Source: Octopus vulgaris (lineage: Eukaryota). Taken from it: a DNA stretch of 64,000 nt. Both the position numbers and the translations under genes were made by a program. The stretch lies in NCBI GenBank assembly GCA_951406725.2, contig OX597822.1:13764001-13828000 (forward strand), read 5' to 3'. Under the pieces are notes generated by a model, which saw only the letters and a list, made by a program, of their open reading frames with translations, ran no database searches and was not told the DNA's origin. Below are positions 42,611 to 60,020 of this stretch, in pieces (position 1 is the first letter of the stretch; every line of letters starts with the position of its first letter).

Positions 42611-42993
42611 TCTTTTACTTGATTCAGTCATTAGGCAGTGGCCATACTGGAGCACCATCTTGAGAAACTTTAGTCGAACGAATCGATTTCAGTACTTCTT
42701 TTTTTAACCGGATACTTTCTCTATCGGCCCTTTTGTTGAATCACTAGGTTATTGGGATGTAAACATACGAGCACCGGTTGTCATGCAGTTGTAGGACGCT
42801 CCAACAAGCGCCCGCACACACACACACACACATGCATTAAATTCGGTTTCCATCTACCGAATCCACTTACAAGGCCTTGTTCGACCCGAAGCTGTAGTAG
42901 AAGCCACTTGCCCTAGGTGCCATGCTGTAGGGCTGTAAACGGAACTATTTGGTTGGGAAGCAAACTTCTTACCACACAGCTACTCCTATGTCT
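42611..42993 (-). mobile_element. Degenerate SINE family B
   Basis: ggccatactggagcacc...tttccatctaccgaatccac...cttcttaccacacagc. Confidence 0.8.
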
Positions 42994-43220
42994 ATTCCAA
43001 AATAAATAAATAAATAGTTGATAGTCATGGTTGGAAGTCCTTCGATCATAGATCTACCCATTCAAACTGAACTGGGGCTAAAGAACAACAGCTGTCGCAC
43101 CGTTTAGCACCCTCTAATCTTTGGGACACTTTGAGCAGGGTCCACTCTCCTACAAGCAACCGAATCAGCCCTCCAGTTTGCGAATAGCTTCTTCTCCCCC
43201 TCCATCCCAAGACTCTTGGT

Positions 43221-43459
43221 CAATGGTTCTCAGCAGGGGTCCATAAGTCCTTCGGGAATTCATATAAGATTTTGTCGTTAAAATTAGTTATACTTTTACT
43301 ATCCACAAAATATTTTAGCAATTTTTTTTAATACAGGCTCTAGTATTTAATATAAAACCATAACAGGATTTTTTTAAACATCGAATGACTGCGAGAGTCT
43401 AACCGAGGAAGAACAGGAATTAAAGGGGTCTGCAGTTAAAAAGTAGTTGAGAACCACTA
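43221..43459. mobile_element. hAT-like MITE related to 6716-7403
   Basis: TIR-like caatggttctcagc / gttgagaaccacta; TSD not recognisable. Confidence 0.55.
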
Positions 43460-43812
43460 ATCGAAAGAGATCTCTTAAGGGGTCATAGGCATTGCAGCAC
43501 CTCCGGCCTTAAAAAAATAAATAAAAACAAGATGGATTTTCAAATCTCATGACACATCATCACTGTACGCTGACAGTATTCAAACGAGGCCTTTATTTCT
43601 TATGATATTACATCAGTAATGCAACCCGTTCCTTATATGTCATTTTGGACAAAAATAATCTTGTACAGCTTGTCTTCTCTGCATGCAAAACAAGCTCATT
43701 TCTTTTTAATATCCACAAGATAACCACATCGTTTTATGTATGCGTGTGTATGTGTGCGTCTTGTATATATGTATGTTAGTGTGTACGTCTATGCGTACGC
43801 ATGTATCCCATA

Positions 43813-43870
<58 letters not shown>

Positions 43871-44031
43871 ACCCCTCTCTCATCTAACGTCATCTCAACT
43901 TAAGAGGATTGTCCACCATCTTGAAATTGTTTAATCCACCTCATATCGTGGCGAAATTTCATTATCGAAATGAGATGGGATTTTTGGAGGAAAATCCACG
44001 AAACAAGCATACACTGTAGTAGTAGTAGTAA

Positions 44032-44075
<44 letters not shown>

Positions 44076-44363
44076 ATTCGTTGTCATGGTGATGCTCATG
44101 GAAGGTGTAGTGAAGATAGTGAATGTATACGCAAGTAGGGATAATGGTGAAAATGCTGGTTGTGACGGCGGTGATGTTGCTGTTGTTAGTGGTGGTGGTG
44201 GTGGTGGTGGTATTGGTGGTGGTGGTATTGGTGGTAGTGGTAGTGGTGGTGGGGATGGTGAAGTGCAGTGAGGAAAAAAAAGCATAGGTATGCAAGCATT
44301 ATGTGTATGCGTAAAGTCAGTCTCTCTCCCTCTCGTCTTTCTCTCCCCATGTACATATACTTG

Positions 44364-44570
44364 TTTTACTTGTTTCAGTCATTTGACTGTGGCCATGCTG
44401 GAGCACCACCTTTTTAGTTGAGTAAATCGACCCCAGGACTTATTCTTTGTAAGCCTAGTACTTATTCTATAGGTATCTTTTGCCGAACCGCTAATTTACG
44501 GGGTCGTAAACACACCAGCATCGGTTGTCAAGTGATGGTGGGGGGGACAAACACAGACACACAAACATAT

Positions 44571-44615
<45 letters not shown>

Positions 44616-44782
44616 TACGACGGGCTTCTTTCAGTTTCCGTCTACCAAATCCACTCACAAGGCTTTGGAAGGCCCGAGGCTATAGTAGAAGACACTTGCC
44701 CAAGGTGCCACGCAGTGGGACTGAACCCGGAACCATGTGGTTGATAAGCAAGCTACTTACCACACAGCCACTCCTATGCCTA
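44364..44782 (-). mobile_element. SINE family B, full length
   Basis: Reverse complement of 53076-53446. Confidence 0.92.
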
Positions 44783-44807
44783 TATATATATGTACATAAA
44801 TGCATAC

Positions 44808-44862
<55 letters not shown>

Positions 44863-44925
44863 TGTGTGTGTGTGCGTGCGTGTATGTGTAAGGATTGTTG
44901 TACATATATATGCATGTATGTATGT

Positions 44926-45139
44926 GTAGGAGTGGCTGTGTGGTAAGCAGCTTGCTTATCAAGTACATGGTTCCGGGTTCAGTCCCTACTCCGTAGCACC
45001 GTGGGTAGTTCGGCAAAAGAGACCGATAGAATAAGTACTAGGCTTACAAAGAGTAAGTCCTAGGGACGATTTGCTCGACTAAAGGCAGTGCTCCAGCATG
45101 GCCGCAGTCAAATGACTGAAACCAGTAAAAGAGAAAGAG
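44926..45139 (+). mobile_element. SINE family B with an internal deletion
   Basis: Head joined to 3' tail near 45000. Confidence 0.85.
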
Positions 45140-46108
45140 TGTCTGTCTTGTCCTCTCTTCAATTCTTACTTGAATACATAGACACACCCTCCAGGGACAA
45201 GTCTTGACCATTGTCTTACTGTTCCTGACAGAAGAAAAAGATCGCAAACTTGGTGACACTGATGAAAGAGGTTGTTATTGGCAGCGGTCATCTTGCGTTA
45301 TATCTTCGTTGCTAGCACTACTGCCATTGTTATAGCTATTGTTATTGTTGTCATCGTTGTCATCGTTTGTACAGAAGCTAGTGTTGTCCGGCATTTGAAG
45401 TCATTGGACAGAGGTCAAAGTGCATTTTATTAAGACAGCGAACTAGTAAAACTGTTAACGCATCAGACAAAAGAAAACGCCCAGCAGCTTTCTGTATATT
45501 CTTTATGTTCTGAGCTCACATGCCATCAAGATCAGCTTTGCCTTCCATCCTTTCAGAATCGACAAAATAAAGTACCACTCAAATAAATGAGGGCGATATA
45601 ATCGATTTAAGCACTCGCCCTAAAGTTACTGGTCTTGTGCCTAAATTAGCAAGAATTATTTTATACATCTTGTAGCTTGTTCATGTTAAAGCTGTTCGTA
45701 TCATTGCTTGATTGTTAGTCGAGATTTTATATTGTTCAAAGCCTGTTTCTTTTTTTATAAAACCGGTGCGGTGAGGTGAAAGTGGTGCCAGTCGCCATAT
45801 TTGGAGTCGCCTCGATTACTACCACAAAAGACGCCATGTTAATGATAAACCAGGAAATATAAGTGGCACTCGGACAAGTATATCAAAGTTACAGTAAACA
45901 GCGTTGTTGGGTCACCCCCTTTCTTCAAACGGGTGGGAAAAAACAACCAGCACTTCTCACTTCCTCTTTTTGTATGTGAACAAACAACACAGAGAGAACA
46001 TCCATTTTACCAAAGTACTCCAGTAAATAAAAAAAAAATGTAAAAATTCAATGAGCGTGTCAAATCACGTCTTTTCAAAGCAATGCCAATAACAACAACA
46101 ACAACAAA

Positions 46109-46144
<36 letters not shown>

Positions 46145-46368
46145 CGATATTTCGTATTTGTTGGTCAATTATTTTAGAAGACAATCTTAGGTGTGGAATT
46201 AGAATACCAATTGGTGAATTTGATAGGAAAAAAAATACAAAATTAAATTTATTTCCCTCTTTCTGTTGTAATTACAATTTTCATTCTTTAATTCATTTTC
46301 CATCTTCCTTCAATCATACACATGAGTCTCCCTCTCTCTCCTCTCCCCCCTTTCTCTCTCTCTCGCTT

Positions 46369-46407
<39 letters not shown>

Positions 46408-47244
46408 TGCATACTCAGACACATGTAGTTCTCCTCTCAGACAACATTTAGAATAGAACTTCAATTTCAAATCGATTTTTCATCTATTGAAAATTTATCT
46501 GAAAATATATCAACATTTGCAAATGCACGCATGCGTACACACATATATTCACACATACACACGCCTCCCCTACCCACACGAACGGTTTCTTTCGGTTTTC
46601 GTCTACGAAATCCATTCACAAAGCACTGGTTGGTTCGACGCTATAGTCAGAAGACACTTGCGCAAGGTGCCGTGCAATGGGACTGAATTCGGAACTACAT
46701 GCCTGCCAAGCGAGCTTCTTAGCGCGAAAATGTTACTTGTAGCATTTGTTGGAATAGTCGCATTATTTTGAAGATTTCTGATCTTGTATGCAGCAGCCAG
46801 CAGCTATTCATTTCAGCTAAGTACATGCAGCCGTGCAGAGTGAAGTGCACTGCTCCAGAACACAACGTACCGCCCGCACAAGAATTGAACTCAGTACCTT
46901 ATGATATGGGTAAAAAAAAAACAGCAACATGGCTTCACACAAAAACAGGTTTAAATCTCTTACCCTGTGCACGTGTGTGTTGTGTGTGCGTGTATGTGAC
47001 AGCGTTTGCGTGCGTGTGTGTGTGCTTGTGAGTGTGTCTATGTGTGTGTGTGTGTTTGTGTGTGGTAGTGTATGTGTGTGTGTGCGTGTATGTATGTATG
47101 TGTGTGTGCGTGTATGTGTATGAGTGTGTGTGTGTGTGTGTGTGTGTGCATGCGTGCGTGTGTGCATGCGTGCGTGTGTGCGTGCATAACTATATACAAA
47201 CATGCTCGTAAATGAATTGACAGGTGTATATATCGTTTATCATT

Positions 47245-47932
47245 CCCTTGTTTCAGTCTTCATGAATCGACCCCACGACTACCCCCTTTTTTTAAGCTTG
47301 GTACTTTGTCTATCAGTTACTTTTAACGAACCCTGAAGTTACGGGAACGTATAAAATCCAACATTGGTTATTACGGGGTGTTGGGAAAGAAACCACCTAC
47401 ATACACACTCATATATATACATATGCAACACGCTTCTTTCAGTTTCCGTTTGCCAAATCCACTCACAAAGCTTTGGTCAGCTCGAGGAAGACACCTGCCC
47501 AAGGTGTCACGCAGTGGGACTGAACCCGGAACTACGTTGTTGGGAAGCAAATTTGCACTTTTATTGTTTCAGTCATTTGACTGTGGCCATGCTGGAGCAC
47601 CGCCTTTAGTCGAACAAATCGACCCCAGGGCTTCGTTGTAAGCCTAGTACTTATTCTATCTTTTTGCCGAACTACTAATTTACGGGGACGTAAACACACC
47701 GACATCGGTTGTGAAGCGATGGTGAGGGGACAAACACAGACACACTAATATATACATGTATACATATACGACGGGCTTCTTTTAGTTTCCGTCTACCAAA
47801 TCCACTCAAAAGGGGGTTGGTCGGCCCGAGGCTATAGTAGAAGACACTTGCCCAAAGTACCACACAGTGGGGCGAACCCGGAACTATGTGGTTGGTAAGC
47901 AAGCTTCTTACCACACAGCCACGCATGCTCCT
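47245..47932 (-). mobile_element. Two tandem SINE family B copies (47245-47553, 47560-47932)
   Basis: Repeated tttcagtttccg...ccaaatccactca...gaacccggaac. Confidence 0.85.
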
Positions 47933-48710
47933 ACACACCCACCCACACACACACATATATATATGGATATATAATAAATTTATATATTCATATACGTATA
48001 TAAATACGCACAATAATATATATATATATATACGTATATATATACGCACAATTATGTATTCATAAATGCGTATATTTGCTCACATATACATACATGCACA
48101 CACACGCACACATATTTACATATATTCGTGCACTTGTAAATATATAAACGTCAGTATTTATGTTTGTATTTATTTATTTATTTATTTATTTATACACACA
48201 CACGCGCGCACACACACTGCCACAACTCATCGTATTTTCCTATTTTGTCTTGTCCCTTTGTTGTTATGGAACACTTTTCTATTAGCTTTATCGCGTCAAT
48301 TGTGTCCGTCTTTAAAGATCACACGACGTTGCCATCTTCAGGATATCCACTCGTATAAAATGGCGGATGTAGTATTTGTGATATTCACCAAGTATTTCCT
48401 GTTTGTGCTTTTATATTGTCTTTATTTGTTTATTTTCTTTCTTTCTTTTTTTTTCTAAAGTGTTTGCTGATTGGTTGAAAGTAATGGAAAACTTTTAATG
48501 CACTTTCCACTAGTTGTTATTGTTATTTTCGTTTCTGTGTCTGCAGATGTGTGTGTATGTGTTAAGCTGTACAGTGGTGCACGCGTCCTTGTGTGTGTGT
48601 GTGTGTGTACGTGTATGTATGAGTGTGTATTTGCGTAACGGATGTCTACATGTTTCGAAGTGCGTATCTGGGATTACTTCTATGTCTACATACATATGTT
48701 TTTTGTATGC

Positions 48711-48715
<5 letters not shown>

Positions 48716-48757
<42 letters not shown>

Positions 48758-48814
48758 CATACACATATATGTATATATACACACACATATATATATATAC
48801 ATACACATACACAA

Positions 48815-48847
<33 letters not shown>

Positions 48848-48866
48848 CATACACATATATGTATAT

Positions 48867-48910
<44 letters not shown>

Positions 48911-48978
48911 ACACATACACAAATATATATATACATATATATATATATGTGTATATATACATACACATATATGTATAT

Positions 48979-49017
<39 letters not shown>

Positions 49018-49125
49018 CACATACACAAATATATATATACATATATACATATATATATATATATGTGTATATATATATATATGTATATATACATACACAT
49101 ATATGTATATATACACATATATATG
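48716..49125. repeat. Compound (TA)/(CA) microsatellite with higher-order repetition
   Basis: Recurring atacatacacatacacaaatatat and atacacatatatgtatatac units. Confidence 0.85.
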
Positions 49126-49692
49126 TATTTATGTAAAAGAGTTGCTTGTCTAAGCGTCATGTATGTCTGTACATGTATATGTCTACATGTTGCTCTGATT
49201 TGTGTAAGACGATGTTTTGTTTGTGTTCTTAACGTTATGTGTTGGTGGATGTGCGTTGATGTACGCATGCGTGTATCTGTGACAGTGTTTGTACGTGTTT
49301 CAACATGTTTGTGCGGGAGCTACGTATCCATGTGTGTATCTATATCCGTGTTACGTAATTGTGTGTCGGTGTTTGGTGTATGACTTTATGTTTGTGTGTG
49401 TCTATGAAACCGTATTTGTGCTTGAATGGTCGTGTGTGTTTGTATGTATGAGTATATATAGATAACGACTGTTAGTGTTTATTTGTAAGCCTGCATGTGT
49501 ATACGCATGTATGTGTGTGTGTGTGTGTGCATAATAACAGTACATACATTATATAATGTGGCAGAGCAGTTTAGGAGGCATATTTGTGCCGCAGTTTCGA
49601 ATAATGGTAAAACAATTTAATGAAATGTGTTCCGTTTGCTCATTTCTGTTTGTATGTAGCGGTTGATGCGCCTTTTACTTTCTGACCCATTC

Positions 49693-49761
<69 letters not shown>

Positions 49762-50387
49762 GTTCTATACAGACACCACACACCTACACACAGACACACA
49801 CATTCATATATATATGATGGAAAGGGATTGGATTCATAGAATCTAACGAAACCGTGTTAAGAAATCCAGGCAACAACCCGGCTATCAGGTCACAAGGTAA
49901 ATAAATTTAGACGACATTTAATAGCACGATGCCACTGAAGATCCGGGATATACTAGGAGTAATGTTTCCATTGTGGAGAGTGCAATAAGCAAAAGAAAAG
50001 AAAAGAAAAAAGGAAAAAAGAGAGAAATGACAGAAAAGAAGCACGTGGTGTGTAAGGCAAAGAAATAGGCCGTGTGTCCGGCTTTCTTCTTGGAGATCAG
50101 TTTTCACTTTCCTCTACAACTACAGTTGCATTGTTTAATACGTATATGTGCATGCTACATATAGACACCTGGTGTGCGTATGCGAAAACATTGTATATAT
50201 ATATATAAATATACAAAAGCACACACACACATATCGCTGCAACACTTAATGATGTGACCTGGAGTAAATTATGAAAAAGCTGCAGCCTCAACGGAAATTT
50301 AAAATTCTATTTCCTCTCGCTCCTCTATAGTTTACCATTGCACCCCCCTCTCTCTTTCTCTGTGTGTACATACATATATATATATAT

Positions 50388-50474
<87 letters not shown>

Positions 50475-50773
50475 TCATCATCATCATCGTTTAACGTCCG
50501 TCTTTCATGCTGGCACAGGTTGGATGGTTTGACTGAGGAATGGCAAGCAAGATGGCTATATGTATGCGTGTATATGTATATATATATGTATGCATGTATA
50601 TATGTATGTATGTATGTATGTATACAGGGTTGAAACTCGTAAAAGAATAACAGAATAATAGAATATATATAAATGGTGATAGATGTATATATGAACATAT
50701 ACTTATTTACATACAAACATATATCCATACACATATACTTTCATATATATGTGTATATCTATCTCTCTCTCTG

Positions 50774-50811
<38 letters not shown>

Positions 50812-50981
50812 TATATATAGATATATATATATAATATATATATAATATATATATATAATAACAGGCCATTAATATTCAGTTCACGGGGCCTTCAAGATTC
50901 ACTTCAAGGTCCACTTTAAAAATATTCAAATTTTTCGATGGGGAACCCTTCCACTTAATATTATCAATATGATATATGTGT

Positions 50982-51385
50982 AAGGCGGCCAGCTGGCAGA
51001 AACGTTAGCACGCCGGGCGAAATGCGTAGCCGTATTTCGTCTGCCGCTACGTTGTGAGTTCAAATTCCGCCGAGGTCGACTTTGCCTTTCATCCTTTCGG
51101 TGTTGATAAATTAAGTACCAGTTACACACTGGGGTCGATATAATCGACTTAATCCGTTTGTCTGTCTTTGTTTGTCCTCTCTGTGTTTAGCCCCTTGTGG
51201 GTAGTAAAAAAAAAAAAGGTATTTCGTCTGCCGCTATGTTCTGAGTTAAAATTCCGGCGAGGTCGACTTTGCCTTTCATCCTTTCGGGATTGATAAATTA
51301 AGTATTAGTTACGTATTGAGGTCGATCTAATCGACTGGCCCCCTCCCACAAAATTTCGGGCCTTGTTTCTACAGTAGAAAAGAAT
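50982..51385 (+). mobile_element. SINE family A, dimer
   Basis: Head aaggcggccagctggcagaa; second unit follows an A-run. Confidence 0.9.
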
Positions 51386-51404
51386 GTATGTATACACACA
51401 TACT

Positions 51405-51441
<37 letters not shown>

Positions 51442-53075
51442 TGCGTACATATACGTATACATCACTCTGTGATGGATAATTTTCATTCTTATAGCTCTCA
51501 TGTCCTTTGACTTCAATCGACATTAACTTAATTTTTTTGTACTTTTACCGCAAGATCCATGAACCAGCGAAAGAATCTTCTTTCAAATGTCTCCATTACG
51601 TTATGTAGTCTTCCAATTGGACATCATCAGACAACAATGTAACTGACATAATTACAAAAAAAAAAAAGAAAAGAAAATTAACAATGAGAATGACAACAAA
51701 AAGACATTAGCAACAACAGCAATAACAACAACATATGCTTCGTTACTAAAATAGCATAGAATAAATGAATGAATTGTTCTTAAATATAGCATAATTGGTC
51801 ATTTGTACTTACAATGGCTGACTGTGTTGGACTGTGCCGTCTGACCTCTTTACATATATTAAACCATAACGCACTCAAATATTTTCCTTTCTTCTCTTTC
51901 TGCAGTTTTACTGTCACCCTCCATATTCAATATATTTGATTCGCAAATAAATTAAGTACTCGCCTTGTTTCTATTTATTTAAAGCCCCTTATTACTGTTA
52001 ATTAGTATTCCTCGGTTTTCGTTCATTATGTGCACCTGATTTCACTTTATTTTCTTTTAATTGTTTTGTTACTTTTAATTAGCATAATCGGGGATGAATA
52101 TAACTACCTGTAACTTTTTTCGAAAATACAATAAGATAAGAAGTATTTTCTTTTATTTATTTTTTCTTCAAGACTTGCGAGTAAATTGGCTTTTCTATAA
52201 GGTAGAAACTAGAGGTCGAATTTAATCTCAAACCAGAGATTTTCTCTAAATCTTGTAACAATGAACGCCACAAAAATCACCCAAGGACCAAGTGATCTTG
52301 TTATAGTTTAATGCCCAGATTAGGGTTGCCACTCAGAATGGTAAAAGCATGGATAATCCCATAAGGCTGCTCACTCGTTGTCGTAATATTTCTTTTATCA
52401 TCATAAATGGTGTCAGTCCCCGAAAGAATGAGAAGGTAAATGTGATATCGGTAAGATTCGAACTCAGAGCGTAGAACGCCGGACAAATACAGCAAACTAT
52501 TTTGTCCAACACCCTGATGACTCTGCCAGTTCTCCGCCCCCTCCCTGTTTTTTACAGTGCTTATTAGATTGGTAGGGTAAAGAGGTGACTAAATCCTGAT
52601 TCACACTTTATATTCTCGGATCAGAGACCTGGATCTGATTGCTTGTAATTAAAATGACCTTGCTGAAAATACCTAATGAACCAGGTGGTGGTACTGAAAC
52701 GAAAGAGACAGAAACAGCCACTTCCAGCGGGCTTTATTGCAGTTTCCATCCATCCACCAAATCTAACTTACAATGCGAGATTATGGTAGCAGTTACTTTT
52801 TCAAGATGCCTTGCTGCAGGATCGGATTGAAACTGTAACTACAGGACTGTCTTGGTAGTATTATAAGACCCTTTGCAAAGCAATACACTTGACCGGCTCT
52901 CCTCTTCATACTTAACCTCAACAAATTAGCCTTTGACCCCTAGATGTCACCTAGTAACTGTCCGGTGTTGCTAGGGACACGCCTGGAAACAGCACTGTTT
53001 TCAAGGTGAACTTATCCGCATTGCTATGCCTCCATAATTACATCTTTAGAAAATTTCACTTTTTAACTTTATTCA

Positions 53076-53446
53076 TAGGCGCAGGCGTGGCTGTGTGGTA
53101 AGAAATTTGCTTCCCAAACCACATGGTTCCGAGTTCAGTCCCACTGCGTGGCACATTGGGCTTCTACTATAGCCTCGGGTCGACCAAAGCCTTGTGAGTG
53201 GATTTGGTAGACGGAAACTGAAAGAAACCCCCATATATATACATATATGTATATATGTTTGCGTGTCTGTGTCCCCCCAATCGATTCAGGTGTATTTACG
53301 TCCCCGTAACTTAGCGGTTCGGCAATAGAGACCGATAGAATAAGTACTAGGCTTACAAAGAATAAGCCCTGGGGTCGATTTCTTCGACTAAAGGCGGTGC
53401 TCTAGCATGGCCGTAATCAAATGACTGAAACCAATAAAAGAATAAA
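53076..53446 (+). mobile_element. SINE family B, full length
   Basis: A-box-like tggctgtgtggt, B-box-like gttcagtccc, internal (TA/TG)n, tail ggcggtgctctagcatggccg...tgactgaaac. Confidence 0.92.
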
Positions 53447-54270
53447 TTCTCTCATTCACTCTTCCTTGCTCTTTTCCTCTCTCTCCCCCTCCCTGCCTCT
53501 TTCATTTTATGTTAGAATTGGGTCAAGTAATCAAATGATTTATTTTATTATTTAACGGAATGGCTAACTTTAATTACACTTTTAAATTTCAAAGAAAATG
53601 GCTTCGTGGAAAGATTTCAAGGTTTCAAGTTTCTGACTGGCGCCATTTTAACTCCCTAAAATTATTAATGGATCCAGTGACCTTTTAACTGACAGCTGTT
53701 GTTGCTGCCGTTTTTGTTGTTGTAACTGTTGTCGTTTAGCTCTAGTTCAACCTCTATCGACCAGACCTACAAGAAAAGTTGTTCCAGATGTGACCCTGCC
53801 GTCTTATTTTCAGACATTGTTGCTAGGGCTACGTTTTCCAGTATTTCCCTTATTTGATATAATGGTCTTTATTCTAAAGAATATTCAGCATGTCGAGGAA
53901 TCAGACAGACTCTCCTCCATTTCATTTGATGGGTTTGGAGTCCACATAGCAAAACGGTGATGCATAAATCTCCACCAGGCATGCATAGAATGAGTATAAG
54001 CGATTTGAACCTATTTTCTGGATTCAGAAAACGAACCGCTCGTTTCACTGTTTGCTACCTGACCTTGTGTCATATTAGAAACACTAAACAAAGCCACGTC
54101 GTATTCGCTGTCCTAAACGACACTGCAAGATGGCAAAGTGACAAAGTCGTTAAAGCATCGGGCAGACCTCATTGTCATATTCGTCCAGGCTCTCTACGAT
54201 CTCATTTCAAATCTTGCCGTAAACAACTTTCATCGACTTTCATTAAGTACAGTCCATCTATCTTTGTACA

Positions 54271-54480
54271 TCTTTACTCATTTACTTGTTTCAATCATTT
54301 GACTGCGGCTGTGCTGGAGCACCGCCTTTAGTCGAGCAAATCAACCACAGGACTTATTCTTTGTAAGCCTAATACTTATTCTATCGTTCTCTTTTGCCGA
54401 ACCGCTAAGTTACAGGGACGTAAACACACATCGGTTGTCAAGCGATGTTGGGGGGACAAACACAGACACACAGACACACA

Positions 54481-54546
<66 letters not shown>

Positions 54547-54732
54547 CATACATGCATATAAATATATGCGACAGGCTTCTTTCAGTTTCCGTCTGCCAAA
54601 TCCACTCACAAGAGTTTGGTCGGCCCGAAGCTATAGTAGAAGACACTTGCCCAAGGTGCCACGCCGTAGGACTGAACCCGGAACCGTGTGGTTGATAAAC
54701 AAGCTACTTACCACACGGCCACTCCTGCGCCT
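54271..54732 (-). mobile_element. SINE family B, full length
   Basis: Reverse complement of 53076-53446 with an expanded internal (TA)n. Confidence 0.92.
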
Positions 54733-54759
54733 GATTCATTCATCTCTGTCCTGGGATAA

Positions 54760-55180
54760 CTTCATCATCATCATTGTCATCATCATCACCGTCGTCGTCG
54801 TCCTCCTCCTCCTCCTCATCATCATCATCATCATCATCACCACCATCATCATCATCATCAAAATCTGTTAACTGATGCGGCCAGTCGTTGGGGTGCAACC
54901 CTGGACGGCTTTATAGTTAGCCGTCGCTACTGGTTTATGTTCTCTGCCATGCGCTGCAGGTTCGCTTTGTTGTCACCTGTCCAGTCTTCAATGCTGCCAA
55001 ACCAAGATTTCCTCTGCCTCGCTTTCGTCCTCCCCTCTACTGTACTGTGAAGAATAGTTTTGGACAGGGTATTGTGTCAGGTTATATGACCGTACCATGC
55101 AGCAAGCTTCTGTCTTTTTACCTGCGCAAAGAGTGGTTCCTGTCTGCCAGCGTATTTTTCGACTTGCTACCTGATAAAAA
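54760..55180 (-). mobile_element. Decayed RTE-clade LINE 3' end with (GAT)n tail
   Basis: Hand translation of the minus strand: QKLAAWYGHIT*HNTLSKTILHSTVEGRTKARQRKSWFGSIEDWTG...LQRMAENINQ*RR. Confidence 0.75.
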
Positions 55181-55718
55181 AACATAAAAAAACATGGATC
55201 GGTAATTTGTCATAGATTCTGCTCGAACCACTAAAGTTCGCCCTAGTGACTGTCCACAAGGCTGAGCTCAACTTCGGGTCATGCAACGAATCCTGTTTTC
55301 CTCATATGTTTTATCATCCATTTATCACTGATTCATTAAACACGGTGTTGTCTCTTGGAACCAAATACCTGTCGTGAAAGAGGATAGACATAGCAGTCGA
55401 ATACTGGGTCGATTTCTTCTCCCTTTCTTCCGACATAATAAAGCCTTATGAATGGGTTTAGGAGACGTATATAAGCGCGCGCGCGCGTGTGTGTGAGTGT
55501 GTGAGTGTGTGCGTATGTGTGTGTGCCCCGCTTCCACTTGACACTCGGCGGTGGTGGTGGCATGGTTACGTCTTCGTAACATAGCGGTTCGGAAAATAAT
55601 GACAAGTCCTGGGGTCGATTCATTCGACTAAAATCTTTCGAGGTGATGCTCCAGCATGGCCGCAGTGTAATGACTGAAACAAATAAAAGACGAAAGATGT
55701 GTGTGTGTGTGTGTGAAT

Positions 55719-55758
<40 letters not shown>

Positions 55759-55879
55759 TTATACATTTATACACATACACACATATATATATATATATAT
55801 ACACATACATATATATATATATATATATGTATGCATGTATGCATGTGCATTTATATGTTATATATGTATATATGTATGT

Positions 55880-55916
<37 letters not shown>

Positions 55917-55933
55917 GTATGTGTGTATGTATG

Positions 55934-56031
<98 letters not shown>

Positions 56032-56758
56032 CAGTTACATAAAAGAAGTGACACGACTTTATGAAAAGACAAACATAACGAATGACAGCCTTACGAGTTG
56101 TGTTCTGACCACCAACGGTTAACCTGAGAAGTTGAGAAAGAAATCCACAAATACCGCTGTCAGACAAGCCTTAATATAATGGCAATTGTTGAAATAGTTC
56201 GTTAAATGTAGAGAGAACGAATACAACAAGAGTATTTATTCATCTACATTGAAGTGGTCGAGTAACATAAAATATTTCTATTACAATTAAGAAACACATT
56301 GGTCGTTGAGATTACTATCGAGTGAAATATTAATGTCTATTTACTAAGTTATGTTACAACTGTTAACTGTTAACGAACAATGTCTGTTGTTGCGCCGGCT
56401 ATTGTTATTTTTCTGCTGTTCTTGCTGTTATTGTTGTTGTTGTCATGTGAGTGTGTGCATGTATGTACGTATGTATGTGTGCATACATACACTCATATAC
56501 ACACAGTCACATACGCACGCACGTACACACATTATATATACGAATATTATAATTATGAAGTATAATAATACGTTTGTATATATACATACGTACACACATG
56601 CAGTCTCACAGGGCAGATATATGTGTGTTTGTGTGTGTGTGTGGAATATAATATACAGACAGCCAGACGCATATATTTACACACACACACATATATATGC
56701 ATGCACATACACACACATATAAATGCATGCATATAGTGAGAGGGAAGAGAGACATACG

Positions 56759-56798
<40 letters not shown>

Positions 56799-57321
56799 AA
56801 CGAAAACCGTTTTCCCTTCCCGTTTAAAGGAAGGTGGTGGAACAATGTTCACGATAGACTCGGCCGATAAGCGGGCCCGTCCTACACGCGACAACAGCTG
56901 TTCGACGAAGGTCCACAGCTCTGAAATATCTGGACACTGCACAAGTGTGTGCAGAGCGGTTTCGTCGCTCTGACCGCATCTCGGGCAGGTCGGTCCGGTG
57001 ATGGTTTTCGAACCGTGCCTGTAGCTCTTCTCTCGAACAGGTAGTGCGTCTCGATAGCATTGCCAAGCCAGGGATTTCTGGAAGTTATCCATAGGCCCCG
57101 GCCCGAACGTCGTCCTGAACAGGCGGCTTAGGAATTTCTCGTCGACGCCCAGGTTTGCCCCGAGTGTGTCGTTGGACCTCCCCTCCACTAGTCCTCTATA
57201 GAACGCTTTAGTCGTTTGTAAGTTGCACAAGTTTGACCCCGATCGGCAGAGCTGCTGTAGAGCTTGGCGACACTCTCGGTGCCAATCGCCCAGTTTCGGT
57301 CTCTTCTTGATCCACGTTTGC

Positions 57322-60020
<2,699 letters not shown>

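Noticed and set aside
48645-48682. Minus-strand gaagt...acttc-GAAACATGTA
   Set aside because: No CTGANGA-like core upstream; may be chance in a TG-rich region
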